64,000 nucleotides of DNA from Desmospora activa DSM 45169 (GTDB lineage Bacteria > Bacillota > Bacilli > Thermoactinomycetales > DSM-45169), in the NCBI RefSeq assembly GCF_003046315.1, contig NZ_PZZP01000004.1, forward strand, positions 58,795 to 122,794, read 5' to 3'. Made by a program: the position numbers and the translations under genes. Positions within the stretch are counted from its first letter, which is position 1. Every line of letters begins with the position of its first letter. Shown piece by piece: positions 18,939 to 28,373 of the stretch. The notes below the pieces were generated by a model, which saw only the letters and a program-made list of their open reading frames with translations, ran no database searches and had not been told where the DNA came from.

Positions 18939-19842
18939 ACTCATCACCAGGCGCCACCTTAACATTGGCCAGCCGTTCCATCACTGTGATTAAGGCGTGA
19001 GTGCCGTCTTCATTTCCACCGTGGGCCTGCACAGAACGAAGCAGTTGATTGGCGGTCGCCGTTCCCACCAGCGGCAATTGGAGACGTTCGGCTTCCTCCA
19101 GCACAATGCGTAAATCTTTTTGTTGGAATTGAACGGAAAAACCAGGATCCAGGTCTCCTTCTACTATCCGTGGACCCAAATTGGACAAGGCCCACGATCC
19201 AGCCGCACCCTTACTAGTCACCTGAATCATTGTATCCAGATCCACCCCGGCCTTTTTCGCCAATGTTAATGCTTCCACCATTCCCAACAAGTTTAATCCA
19301 CACATAATCTGGTTGCACGCCTTTACCGTCTGACCTGCACCGGCGGCGCCACAATGAATGATACTGGAACCCATCGCTTGCAAAACCGGCTTCACTTCTT
19401 CCAGCACAGCCGCTTCCCCACCTACCATAATGGAAAGCGTCCCTTCTTGTGCACCGACATCCCCACCGCTGACGGGAGCATCCAACATCCGCACACCCCG
19501 CTCTGCCGCCGTCTTGGCTAGCTGCTGCGTTGTGGCAGGGGAGATGGTGCTCATATCGATCCAGACAAGCCCTTGATGAGCACCGGCCAGGATTCCGTTT
19601 TCCCCTTCCACTACTGCACGCACATCCGGTGTATCTCCTACGATGGTGATCACCACATCGCTCAACTCCGCCACTTCCCGCGGTGAGTCCGCTAGTTGTG
19701 CGCCCCATCCCGCTGCTTCCTCCATCTTGGACCGGGTGCGATTCCAGACCGTCACTTGGAATCCGGCGCGATGAAGATTATATGACATCGACCGCCCCAT
19801 AATCCCCAAACCGATAAACCCCACTCGCTGTGCTGTCTCCAT
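18937..19842 (-). CDS. NAD(P)-dependent 3-hydroxyisobutyrate / 2-hydroxy-3-oxopropionate reductase family dehydrogenase (GarR/YkwC-like)
   Basis: 301 aa. GFIGLGIMG Rossmann motif, HIBADH family core. Confidence 0.8.
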   Translation of the reverse strand: METAQRVGFIGLGIMGRSMSYNLHRAGFQVTVWNRTRSKMEEAAGWGAQLADSPREVAELSDVVITIVGDTPDVRAVVEGENGILAGAHQGLVWIDMSTISPATTQQLAKTAAERGVRMLDAPVSGGDVGAQEGTLSIMVGGEAAVLEEVKPVLQAMGSSIIHCGAAGAGQTVKACNQIMCGLNLLGMVEALTLAKKAGVDLDTMIQVTSKGAAGSWALSNLGPRIVEGDLDPGFSVQFQQKDLRIVLEEAERLQLPLVGTATANQLLRSVQAHGGNEDGTHALITVMERLANVKVAPGDE

Positions 19843-19861
19843 TGAAATACTCCTTTCCCTT

Positions 19862-20422
19862 TTATCCCATTCGCTCTTGAAACCGTTCCTTCAGGCTCCG
19901 TTCCACCGCTTGCCACCATTCCCGTTTTTCCAACAACTGTTGCCTAAAATCCTTATATAGAGCCCGTTGCTTTTCCTTAAACATCGGGTCTTCCGAAGAG
20001 GGAAGTTGGGCCCGTATCGCATCGATCGCCGTCTGTACCTCAGGCGCACGCGGTCCCCACACCACCCGTTCCTCTCCTTTATCGTCGATAAAAATAAAAA
20101 TCGGAATTGACCGTGATTTTCCATTGGTCAAATATTGATCCATCAATTCCAGATTCTCATCGCGAATCAGATAACGCATCTCAATCCCGGCCTTCTCCGC
20201 GATTCGCATCACGATAGGGACACACATCATCGCATCTCCGCACCAATCCGCCGTCAACACGATGCCCCGTAGTCGCCGGTTGGCTAACTCAGAAAAATAT
20301 GCTTCACTTTCCTGCGGTTGAAAAGAACGGTAGATCTCCAGCAGGGCTTCGCGGTTTACTTCCATGCTGTCGATATACGCTTGCCCTGTCATCCCCTGCT
20401 CAAACCATTGATCGAGATTCAT
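19862..20422 (-). CDS. Thioredoxin-fold family protein
   Basis: About 186 aa. ...TADWCGDAMMC... thioredoxin-like fold. Start at the second ATG (MNLDQW) because GAGGGAGGG lies 8 nt upstream. Confidence 0.55.
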   Translation of the reverse strand: MNLDQWFEQGMTGQAYIDSMEVNREALLEIYRSFQPQESEAYFSELANRRLRGIVLTADWCGDAMMCVPIVMRIAEKAGIEMRYLIRDENLELMDQYLTNGKSRSIPIFIFIDDKGEERVVWGPRAPEVQTAIDAIRAQLPSSEDPMFKEKQRALYKDFRQQLLEKREWWQAVERSLKERFQERMG

Positions 20423-20575
20423 GTTTTTCACCCTCCCTCATCCTCTTTATATTGTAACGGATGTCACTTTAGATGTCCCTACAATCCCCGTTGCCTATTC
20501 TGAACAATATCGATACAATTAGGAAATAATATTTGCTTCGATTCTCTAAAAAGCTGGACAAAAAGGATGGATCTT

Positions 20576-21511
20576 ATGAAGCACAACACCATTGGACTGT
20601 ATAGCATCATGACCTTTAATATGATGATTTGGGGCCTAAACGCAGTGGCTCTCAAAATATTAGTCACCCACTTCCCTGCAGTCACCATGCAGGGAGTGCG
20701 TATTTTTTTGGCTGGACTGGTGTTATTGCTGTATATCGTGATAAAAAGAACGTGGAAACCACTCACCAAAAGAGATTGGGGTTGGACTATCGGTATCATA
20801 CTGACCGGTGTGGTAGGTCATCACCTTTTTCTTGCCTGGGGGCTGACGATCACCACCGCCTCCAACGCCGCACTAATTTTAAGCTTGGTCCCGTTGATGA
20901 CCGCCTTTCTTTCCTTTTTATTTCTGCGGGAACATATCACCCCGGCACGCATGGGTGGGATTCTGCTTGGCCTCATCGGCGTTATCCTGGTCGTTCTTCG
21001 CGGCGGCACTGGCCTGTCCACTTCCATGTGGGGAGATCTTTTGATCGGGGGAGCGATGATCTTCCAAGCATGCAGCTTTATTTTAATCAAGAAGGCAACA
21101 GACACCATCGACGCCAAACAATTGACAACCATTATGTTTCTGGCTGGCGCGACACTGATCTTTCTCATCGGCCTGTTCATCTCTCCTGATGGCGTATCGA
21201 TCATGCTGGAAGGACCGTTGTGGGTATGGGCTGTTTTAATCGTATCGGGGGTCGTGGCTACAGCTTGGGGACACGCGATGTACAATGCGACCATCCACCA
21301 ACTGGGCCCAGGCCAAACCGCTGTCTTTATCAACTTAACTCCCTTTTTTGCCTTAGTGGGTTCCGCACTCTTTCTCGGTGAAGCAATACAATGGGTGCAA
21401 ATCGCCGGATTCGCATTAATCATCGTCGGAGTTTTCCTTGGCACTGGAGCCTGGGGCGAAGGGGAACGGATGAAAGCGCGAACCGTTCATAGAGAGACGG
21501 GTATTCATTGA
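20576..21511 (+). CDS. DMT-superfamily (EamA-like) transporter
   Basis: 10 predicted TM helices in two EamA repeats. Start at MKHNTIG, with RBS AAAGGATGG. Confidence 0.7.
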   Translation: MKHNTIGLYSIMTFNMMIWGLNAVALKILVTHFPAVTMQGVRIFLAGLVLLLYIVIKRTWKPLTKRDWGWTIGIILTGVVGHHLFLAWGLTITTASNAALILSLVPLMTAFLSFLFLREHITPARMGGILLGLIGVILVVLRGGTGLSTSMWGDLLIGGAMIFQACSFILIKKATDTIDAKQLTTIMFLAGATLIFLIGLFISPDGVSIMLEGPLWVWAVLIVSGVVATAWGHAMYNATIHQLGPGQTAVFINLTPFFALVGSALFLGEAIQWVQIAGFALIIVGVFLGTGAWGEGERMKARTVHRETGIH

Positions 21512-21520
21512 GTCAGACAG

Positions 21521-22015
21521 TCAACTCTCCTCCTCCACCGGTTCCTCGATCTCCTGCAATCGCAATGTTCCCTTACAATGGCCGCAGCGATAGCGGGAGG
21601 GGTCCATTCGCTTTTTGCGTGGAAATTGACGCCCGCACGCTTGACAGCTCAGCAGCCACCGCACCGACCGACGGCGGGGAGAGAGATTGGAGAGAGGAGG
21701 AGCATGGCAAAGACCGCCAACCTGGGCCAACAGTTCCCGAAACTCCCGATCGCGGTGACGATAGCCCCTTCTCTGCAAATGCAGGTGATAGTGGCACAAC
21801 TCATGGCGGATAATGCCGTCCACCACCTCCCACCCCCATTCCATCCAGTGGCGGGGGTTGATCTCAATGTGGTGATCGGATAAGAAATATCGTCCGCCCG
21901 TTGTGCGTAGACGGCCATTAAAATAGGCAAGGTGACGAAACGGCTTACCAAAATCCTGCAACGAAATCGTCTCCACTCGCTTTTGTAGTTCGTCATCCGA
22001 TGGTTTGGTGTTCAC
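21521..22015 (-). CDS. sprT: SprT-like zinc metalloprotease family protein (YdcK-like)
   Basis: HELCHYHLH (HExxH) motif plus C-terminal Cys4 zinc ribbon. Collinear with B. subtilis YdcK (QDFGKPFRHLAYFNGRLRTTGGRY). GTG start chosen; the ORF extends to 22072. Confidence 0.75.
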   Translation of the reverse strand: MNTKPSDDELQKRVETISLQDFGKPFRHLAYFNGRLRTTGGRYFLSDHHIEINPRHWMEWGWEVVDGIIRHELCHYHLHLQRRGYRHRDREFRELLAQVGGLCHAPPLSNLSPRRRSVRWLLSCQACGRQFPRKKRMDPSRYRCGHCKGTLRLQEIEEPVEEES

Positions 22016-22304
22016 AAGACAACGCCTCTTTTCATATGCTTTACAGACGAGATCCGTCTGATAGGGAGGCAACTCTCATGCCATACTGGTTGCAACGGCA
22101 ACTACAACGCGCATTCCAAGGAAAAGACCGCAGGCAGATTCGTATTTTAAACGATTGTTGGTTTCAATATCAACAGCGGGGAGGACCCGTAATCACCGAA
22201 TCGAAGTAATTCATACCCGCATGCTCAAAAGCGAAACCAAGTGTATGTATCGGGATCTCGGTCCGTCCCCCTTTTTTCTGTTTATCTACCTTTGTCGGCA
22301 AGCC

Positions 22305-22338
22305 AAAAATCCCCTACGCCATGGCGTAGGGGTTTGAT
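22305..22338. terminator. Bidirectional terminator downstream of protease gene 1
   Basis: cccctacgc-catg-gcgtagggg (22311-22332), flanked by AAAAAT and TTTGATTGTT. Confidence 0.7.
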
Positions 22339-22353
22339 TGTTATGTGTTCTTC

Positions 22354-23499
22354 TCAGTATTTAACCGCAGCAGCAGCATCGATACGACCATGTTGCCAAT
22401 AGGTACCTGTTCCGCTGATCGGTTCAGCCGAGTTTAAGAGGGCATCTTTAACCTCGTTAGCGCTCCGACCCTGTGATGCCAAAAGTCCGGCCACACCAGC
22501 CGCAAAGGGAGTAGCCATCGAGGTACCGTCTAAGCTCTGGTATCCTCCGCCCGGTACTGTCGAGTAGATACTGGAACCGGGAGCGGCGATATCGACCCAA
22601 CTGCCATAGTTGGAGAAGCTGGACCGACTGTCGCTGGAGGTAGTGGAAGCGACGGCAATCGCGTTGTCATAGTAGGCGGGATAGTTAGGGCTGGAGCTGC
22701 CGTCATTGCCCGCCGCCGCTAAGACGATGGAACCTTGGTTATGGGCGTAGTTGACGGCTTCCTCCAGTGTTTGTGCTCCCTGGTAAGCGCCCAAACTGAG
22801 ATTGATCACTTCGGCACCGGCATCGGCGGCATCACGGATACCGCTGGCTACCGACTCCAAGCTGCCGCTTCCGTTGGCATCCAAAACGCGTACCGCATAG
22901 ATGCTTACATTGGGAGCCGTTCCGGCAATTCCGATCCCATTGTTGGTATTGGCAGCGGCAATACCGGCAACATGGGTGCCGTGTCCGTTTTCATCCATGG
23001 GATCGTTATCGTTGTCGATATAGTCCCCACCCTTGATCACTTTTCCAGCCAAGTCGGGGTGATCATAGTCAACACCGGTATCCACCACAGCAACCTTCAC
23101 ATTGCTGTCGCCTTCCGTTACATCCCATGCGTCGGGAGCATTAATCATCGACAAGCCCCATTGTTGCGAAAAGGAAGGATCATCCGGTGTTGCAGTAGCA
23201 TGAAAGAGAATATTCGGCTCCGCATATTCCACTTGAGGAAGCCCGCTTAACTCTTCCAGCGCTGCTTGTACGGATTGATTCTCCACTTTTACCACAAAGA
23301 AACCGGCATCGGTGTTTTTAGATACCACCCTTGCATCCAATGATTGCAGCAATGACGTCAACGCCGACACACCGACATCATCCTTAAACTTAACTACAAT
23401 TTCACCGGGAACAGCATCCATCTGCACCTCAGCAGCTCGTACATCCGCCGCAGACGGAAACACCATGGTTAGTGTCAATAAAAACACCGTCAGCAGCAA
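22354..23499 (-). CDS. Thermitase-like subtilisin-family serine protease (peptidase S8) with signal peptide and I9 propeptide; paralog 1
   Basis: 381 aa. DTGVDYDHPDLAGK, HGTHVAGIAAA and GTSMATPFAAGVAGLLASQGRS catalytic triad motifs. C-terminus ...SGTGTYWQHGRIDAAAAVKY is collinear with Thermoactinomyces thermitase. Confidence 0.9.
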   Translation of the reverse strand: MLLTVFLLTLTMVFPSAADVRAAEVQMDAVPGEIVVKFKDDVGVSALTSLLQSLDARVVSKNTDAGFFVVKVENQSVQAALEELSGLPQVEYAEPNILFHATATPDDPSFSQQWGLSMINAPDAWDVTEGDSNVKVAVVDTGVDYDHPDLAGKVIKGGDYIDNDNDPMDENGHGTHVAGIAAANTNNGIGIAGTAPNVSIYAVRVLDANGSGSLESVASGIRDAADAGAEVINLSLGAYQGAQTLEEAVNYAHNQGSIVLAAAGNDGSSSPNYPAYYDNAIAVASTTSSDSRSSFSNYGSWVDIAAPGSSIYSTVPGGGYQSLDGTSMATPFAAGVAGLLASQGRSANEVKDALLNSAEPISGTGTYWQHGRIDAAAAVKY

Positions 23500-23802
23500 T
23501 AAAACGCGTTTGATAAAATCTCCTCCCCATACCAGGCATATTTTTTACGATTCTAATATTCTATCTTTTATTTAAATCCCCTTCCTGTTTTGAGAATTTA
23601 TTAGCATCTTTTTTTAGTTACTTCCAATCTTTATTTCTTATTTACCAATAACAAGGAATGAGGATGGCAGATCGATAACAAAGGAGGCGAGCTCTAGTCT
23701 CTTTCCTTTTAGCGAGATAAAGGGTAGTCCGCTTCATCTCTCCAGACCCAACAACAGGGCGGTCGGGAGTGGATTTCCGCTTTCGCTTTGTCGTTTAATA
23801 GC

Positions 23803-23836
23803 AAAAAACCCCTGTGCCAGCACAGGGGTTTTTTGC
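23803..23836. terminator. Terminator downstream of protease gene 2
   Basis: aaaaaacccctgtgccagcacaggggtttttt. 9-bp stem flanked by A and T runs. Confidence 0.75.
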
Positions 23837-23843
23837 TATTTTT

Positions 23844-24986
23844 TTAGTAGCCTACCGCTGCAGCAGCATCGATTCGGCCATAATTCCAAAAGAGGCCCGT
23901 ACCGCTGATCGGTTCAGCCGAGTTGAAGAGTGCTTCTTCAATCTCGTCAGCACTTCGGCCCTGAGAAGCTAAGAGTCCGGCCACTCCCGCAGCATGAGGG
24001 GTAGCCATCGAGGTACCACTGTAGCTTCCATAGCCTCCACCCGGTACGGTCGAGTAAATATCGGAGCCAGGAGCGGCGATATCGACCCACCAACCGAAGC
24101 TGGAGAAGCTGGAACGACTGTCGCTAGAGGTGGTGGAAGCAACGGCGATCGCACTGTCGTAGTAAGCCGGGTAGCTCGGCAGGGGAAGGCCGTCATTGCC
24201 AGCAGCCGCCACAACGACAGATCCTTGGCTGCGCGCATAGTCGACGGCATCTTTCAAGGTTTGCGCCCCAATCAAGGCGCCCAAGCTGAGATTGATCACT
24301 TCGGAACCAGCATCGGCAGCATCACGGATACCACTGGCTACCGCATCCAGGCTGCCGCTCCCGTTGGCATCCAGGACTCGCACCGCATAGATGCTGACAC
24401 CGGGGGCCGTTCCGGCAATCCCAATACCGTTGTTGGTATTGGCGGCGGCAATACCGGCAACATGAGTGCCGTGTCCGTTTTCATCCATGGGATCATTATC
24501 GTTGTCGATAAAGTCCCCACCCTTGATCACTTTGCCAGCTAAGTCAGGGTGGTTATAATCGACACCGGTATCCACCACGGCGACCTTGACACTGCTGTCA
24601 CCTTCCGTCACTTCCCAAGCAGCGGGAGCATTGATCTTCGTCAAGCCCCACTGTTTCGAAAAATCGGGATCGTTCGGTGTTGCCATCGTATGGAAAAGGA
24701 TATTTGGCTCCGCATATTCCACATTGGAAAGCGCACTCAGCTTCTTTATGGTCGCTTGAACAGAGGCATCCTTCACTTTTACTACGGCAAAACCGGCATC
24801 GGTATTTTGGGAGACCACCTCGGTATCCGGAGATTCCAGGGCGGAAGTCGCCTTCGCCACACCGACCTCATCCTTAAACTTCACTACGATTTCACCAGGA
24901 ACAGCATCGGCCGTTTCTGCCGCCTGCACATTGGCTGTAGTCGGAAAAACTAAGCCCACCGTCAATATCATTACCGTCAACAACAA
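23844..24986 (-). CDS. Thermitase-like S8 serine protease; paralog 2 (tandem duplicate, about 80% identity to paralog 1)
   Basis: 380 aa. Same motifs as paralog 1 (DTGVDYNHPDLAGK, HGTHVAGIAAA, GTSMATPHAAGVAGLLASQGRS). Confidence 0.9.
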   Translation of the reverse strand: MLLTVMILTVGLVFPTTANVQAAETADAVPGEIVVKFKDEVGVAKATSALESPDTEVVSQNTDAGFAVVKVKDASVQATIKKLSALSNVEYAEPNILFHTMATPNDPDFSKQWGLTKINAPAAWEVTEGDSSVKVAVVDTGVDYNHPDLAGKVIKGGDFIDNDNDPMDENGHGTHVAGIAAANTNNGIGIAGTAPGVSIYAVRVLDANGSGSLDAVASGIRDAADAGSEVINLSLGALIGAQTLKDAVDYARSQGSVVVAAAGNDGLPLPSYPAYYDSAIAVASTTSSDSRSSFSSFGWWVDIAAPGSDIYSTVPGGGYGSYSGTSMATPHAAGVAGLLASQGRSADEIEEALFNSAEPISGTGLFWNYGRIDAAAAVGY

Positions 24987-25129
24987 CAGAACACGTTTGA
25001 TAGTAACCCCTCCCCCAATATCTATATTTTTTCCAATTTCAATATTCGATCTCTTAGCGAAAACTCCTTTTCTTTTTGATGGTTTTTATAATTTCCATCC
25101 AAAAGAACTATTGAATCGACAAAAAGACC

Positions 25130-25187
25130 CATCCGCAAAAAAAGAGAAGGACTCTTTTATCTTTAGTGGAAAAAAGAGTCCTTCTCT
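25130..25187 (-). terminator. Strong rho-independent terminator after hypothetical gene B. 16-bp perfect stem.
   Basis: agagaaggactctttt-atctttagtgg-aaaagagtccttctct. The minus RNA follows with UUUUUUUGCGG. Confidence 0.75.
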
Positions 25188-25299
25188 ATCGAAGTCTATT
25201 GATTAGCCGATTTGGGATGAAGGGGAAGAGATTTTAAGCCCTATGTGCTCGTTATTCCCTTCCACTATTCAGCTCATCGACAGATTTCCTTATCACCGA

Positions 25300-25728
25300 T
25301 TAATGCTCCCGCTGTGCAATCGAGCCTCCGCTCTCGCCCGCTGTCACCATCAAAATGGAGCCCATCAGTGCGCTACCCGATAAATACAAGGCATCCGCCA
25401 ATTCGGTATTGATCCTGTATTGAGGGTTGCTGTCATGATGGGAAAAAGGATTTTCTCCCCCATCAGCCGCAATCATATTTTGTACCGCCTGACGGCAGGT
25501 TTCAGATGCCAACATCTTGGGGTAAAGACGTTCAAATGTCGCTGCAACAAATGTATCCCGATCACGTGCCGCCCCCGGCAACTCCTGCCCCTTCATCTCC
25601 GCTTCAACAAAAGCGGCAATCGCCGCTACATCCTCGGGATAACCCTGAAATCGCTTGCCACAGGCAACCGCCATCTCCGTCATCTTCCGGCTTAAATGAG
25701 CAGACACTTCTGCTTGATCCATGCCCAT
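25300..25728 (-). CDS. Hypothetical protein B (142 aa)
   Basis: Start MGMDQAEV with RBS AAGGGAGGA. No recognised domain. Confidence 0.55.
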   Translation of the reverse strand: MGMDQAEVSAHLSRKMTEMAVACGKRFQGYPEDVAAIAAFVEAEMKGQELPGAARDRDTFVAATFERLYPKMLASETCRQAVQNMIAADGGENPFSHHDSNPQYRINTELADALYLSGSALMGSILMVTAGESGGSIAQREH

Positions 25729-25843
25729 TCCTCCCTTTCGCCTACTGTTCGTTCTCATTTTGTCCAGCAAAAGAGGAAACATGCGCAAAAGAGAAAGGAT
25801 TGAGCACAGCGTGCTGAAGCGACGCATTAAAACTTTTCCGCTG

Positions 25844-26263
25844 CTAAATCTCGTTCAATAGGCAGTTTTCAATGTGGCCTTCGCAAAGTACCTGGAGTGC
25901 GCGTTCAGAGACGACGAGGTCGGATTCACTGGACAGTCCAAAATCATCACTCTCTGCCATCCCGGTGATGCGCAACCATAGAAATTTCGGCAACTGACCT
26001 TGTCCGATAAGTTCTTCGTCTTCGGGAGAAAGTATAACCTCGACATCGTCGAGGTTATACCCTGACAAATTCGCCTGATTGAGTCGCTTAGCCATTCCCT
26101 CCGTTACGATGAAAGCGGCTGCCGCTTCGAGAAGTTCGTCGACAAGCCAATTTACGAAATCATAGTGAAGATATTCGTATACAGGCGGCCTGACGGTGAC
26201 GTCGACAACAGAATTTCTACCAACTTCACCGGCTACTTCTGGGCAGAGCGTATAATACTTCAT
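25844..26263 (-). CDS. Hypothetical small acidic protein A (139 aa, MKYYTLCPEV...). Possibly an immunity-protein-like fold.
   Basis: Canonical RBS AAGGAGGAATAAGCGAATTGT-ATG. No signal peptide or TM. No domain recognised with confidence. Confidence 0.55.
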   Translation of the reverse strand: MKYYTLCPEVAGEVGRNSVVDVTVRPPVYEYLHYDFVNWLVDELLEAAAAFIVTEGMAKRLNQANLSGYNLDDVEVILSPEDEELIGQGQLPKFLWLRITGMAESDDFGLSSESDLVVSERALQVLCEGHIENCLLNEI

Positions 26264-26411
26264 ACAATTCGCTTATTCCTCCTTATTGGAAGCTGTGTCA
26301 ACCTGACACGACTGCGGCAGACTGCGGACTGGTGGATCGAAGAGCGTAAAGCCGGGTGATGAAATTTATCCACATCGAGTTTTACAGTCGATCCACCTTG
26401 AATTCTAGCGG

Positions 26412-27281
26412 TCATTTTTGTTCTTCCCCTAAACCTACCTCCCACACCTGCAAAAAAGCGTAAGGATTGATCGCTTCCCGCATGGGCGACCAACGGCTTT
26501 CACGGACATAAACGGTAAAATGAAGATGTGGCGCAAACTGGCCTGTCGTTCCCTCCGGCCCATATCCGCTGTCCCCTACATAACCGATAATCTGCCCTTT
26601 TTTCACTTTGACGCCATCTTCAATCCCTTCCGCATAGCGCTCCAAATGCGCATAGTAGTAAGAGATCTGTGGATGCGCTTCATCCTGAATTCGAAGTCGC
26701 CATCCGCCCAACTCATTCCATCCCTTGGATACAACTTCACCGTCGCTGACTGAACGAATTGGTGTCCCCTTAGCGGCAAACATATCCGTACCCTCATGGA
26801 CACGATCGCCGCCATAGGTGCGACTATCCCCCCATGTATCGCCATAATCCACATTTTGTTCCGCATCAAAGGGAAAGCGATAATCTTCCGTCAGCGGAGA
26901 CGCTGCCCAACGATAGGATTGCGCCAAGGCGATCACCTCTCCCGCCTCGGATTCCGATAACAGAGCACGGACTGCCTGTTCTGCATCGTCATCGCTTAGC
27001 TCCTCTTTCCCGACGGCATCCCGCATCTCCTCCGCCAAAGCGAGAATCTGCTGCCGATCCACCCCTTTATACTCGTTCAATATCTCATGCTGAGCAGCCA
27101 GATAAGGCCAAGGCACCTTCATTTCTGACTCCACCTCTGCATATACGGTGGCCAACTCTCCCGGCACCATCATCTCCGGGACCTCCGTCCCCTGGTTCAT
27201 ATCGTATACCCAATAAACGGCGACTCCTATCGCCCCGATCAATCCCAGAAGCAACAACAACTGAAATATGCGACGCAGCAA
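26412..27281 (-). CDS. Membrane-anchored M23-family (LytM) metalloendopeptidase
   Basis: N-terminal TM (LLLLLGLIGAIGVAVYWV). C-terminal M23 core: HEGTDM...GGW.LRI...YYYAHL...GDSGYGPEGTTGQFAPHLHF. Confidence 0.85.
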   Translation of the reverse strand: MLRRIFQLLLLLGLIGAIGVAVYWVYDMNQGTEVPEMMVPGELATVYAEVESEMKVPWPYLAAQHEILNEYKGVDRQQILALAEEMRDAVGKEELSDDDAEQAVRALLSESEAGEVIALAQSYRWAASPLTEDYRFPFDAEQNVDYGDTWGDSRTYGGDRVHEGTDMFAAKGTPIRSVSDGEVVSKGWNELGGWRLRIQDEAHPQISYYYAHLERYAEGIEDGVKVKKGQIIGYVGDSGYGPEGTTGQFAPHLHFTVYVRESRWSPMREAINPYAFLQVWEVGLGEEQK

Positions 27282-27450
27282 ACCTTATCCTCCTCTTCCC
27301 AATAACAGCGGAATGATGTGTAGAGTAGTATTTCTTCATTATATTATCCGTGAAGGAACAAAGGCCGCACAAGAGGTTGTGGTTGTAATTATATTGAAGT
27401 GGATGACTCTTATTTTTAGGCTGTTTTCTAAAAGATTGTTGCTATTGAAT

Positions 27451-27491
27451 AAAAAAATGAATGGCGTACCCAACGATCATTTGAGTACGCC
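27451..27491 (-). terminator. Terminator after the alpha/beta-hydrolase gene
   Basis: ggcgtac-(15 nt)-gtacgcc (27463-27491). The minus RNA follows with AUUCAUUUUUUU. Confidence 0.5.
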
Positions 27492-27573
27492 AATTTATAT
27501 TATTTCGAAATTTGCTTATTCCATTAAAGCCCCCGTTTGCAGAAGATCGTTGTTCAACTATACAAAACCCGAA

Positions 27574-28095
27574 TTATAAGCCTTTGATATCCTCAACAAC
27601 TTCGGACAAATCGTTGTCAAACAGATGTCCACGCCCATCAAACTTCCGAATAATTGCCTTCGGAATTTTTTCTGCATAATGTGTAAGGTGGGAAAAAGGA
27701 ACAATTTCATCGTCGCGGCTATGGTAAAAGAAAATTCGTGGTATTTCTTGAAGCTTTGAGGAGGAGTCTTCTTGCAAAACAGACTCATCATATGGTGGCG
27801 CAATAAGGAACACACTGGTAATAGTTTTTGTCAGTTTCTCTTCAGAAAGATACTTCAACAAAATGGAACCGCCCACAGAGTGTCCAACAAAAATCACTTC
27901 ACCGTTTAGCTTGCTAAGGTCTTTTGAAATCTGAACTTTCCATGTTTCATAATCAGGTTTTTCCTCATTAGGCATCTTAGGATAAAGTACATTGTAATTG
28001 GAGCCGAGAGCATCTTGCAGATATCCTGCCAATTTTCCATCTTCTTCATATGCTCCATGACCTGCACCTTGAATGAATAATATGTGTTTTTGCAT
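27574..28095 (-). CDS. Alpha/beta-hydrolase, YdeN/RBBP9-like serine hydrolase
   Basis: 173 aa. GHSVGG nucleophile elbow, conserved Asp/His downstream. Lies in a markedly AT-rich segment (27300-28370). Confidence 0.7.
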   Translation of the reverse strand: MQKHILFIQGAGHGAYEEDGKLAGYLQDALGSNYNVLYPKMPNEEKPDYETWKVQISKDLSKLNGEVIFVGHSVGGSILLKYLSEEKLTKTITSVFLIAPPYDESVLQEDSSSKLQEIPRIFFYHSRDDEIVPFSHLTHYAEKIPKAIIRKFDGRGHLFDNDLSEVVEDIKGL

Positions 28096-28280
28096 ATTTC
28101 AACTCCCACTTTTTTTAAGTTTATCACATATGACTACTAAGGATTTCTTCTCGATTGCTTAATAGTTTTCCTCTTGGTTAAATCGTTAAACTCTTCATAT
28201 ACATTTTGCCACATACGAAAAATCACCTCTAACTATTATACATCGCAAAGATATAAAACGATCCGCCATCAAAAATAAAA

Positions 28281-28318
28281 CAAGGCCGCAATCTCCGACT
28301 GCCGGCCTTGTTTTATTT
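28281..28318. terminator. Bidirectional terminator downstream of tex
   Basis: aaggccg-(14 nt)-cggcctt flanked by AAAAUAAAAC / GUUUUAUUUCC. Confidence 0.55.
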
Positions 28319-28373
28319 CCCATCTATAATCTTTGCATAAGTGAATCAGCTGCTAATCGTTCCAACCCTACCG

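Noticed and set aside
20821-21444. 207-aa ORF antisense to the DMT transporter gene
   Set aside because: It is entirely within and opposite to a well-supported transporter gene, Arg/Pro-rich, and has no RBS. It is a shadow ORF.
22735-24542. Long plus-strand ORFs (171 and 182 aa) inside the two protease genes
   Set aside because: Antisense shadow ORFs of GC-rich, Gly/Ala-rich protease coding sequence.
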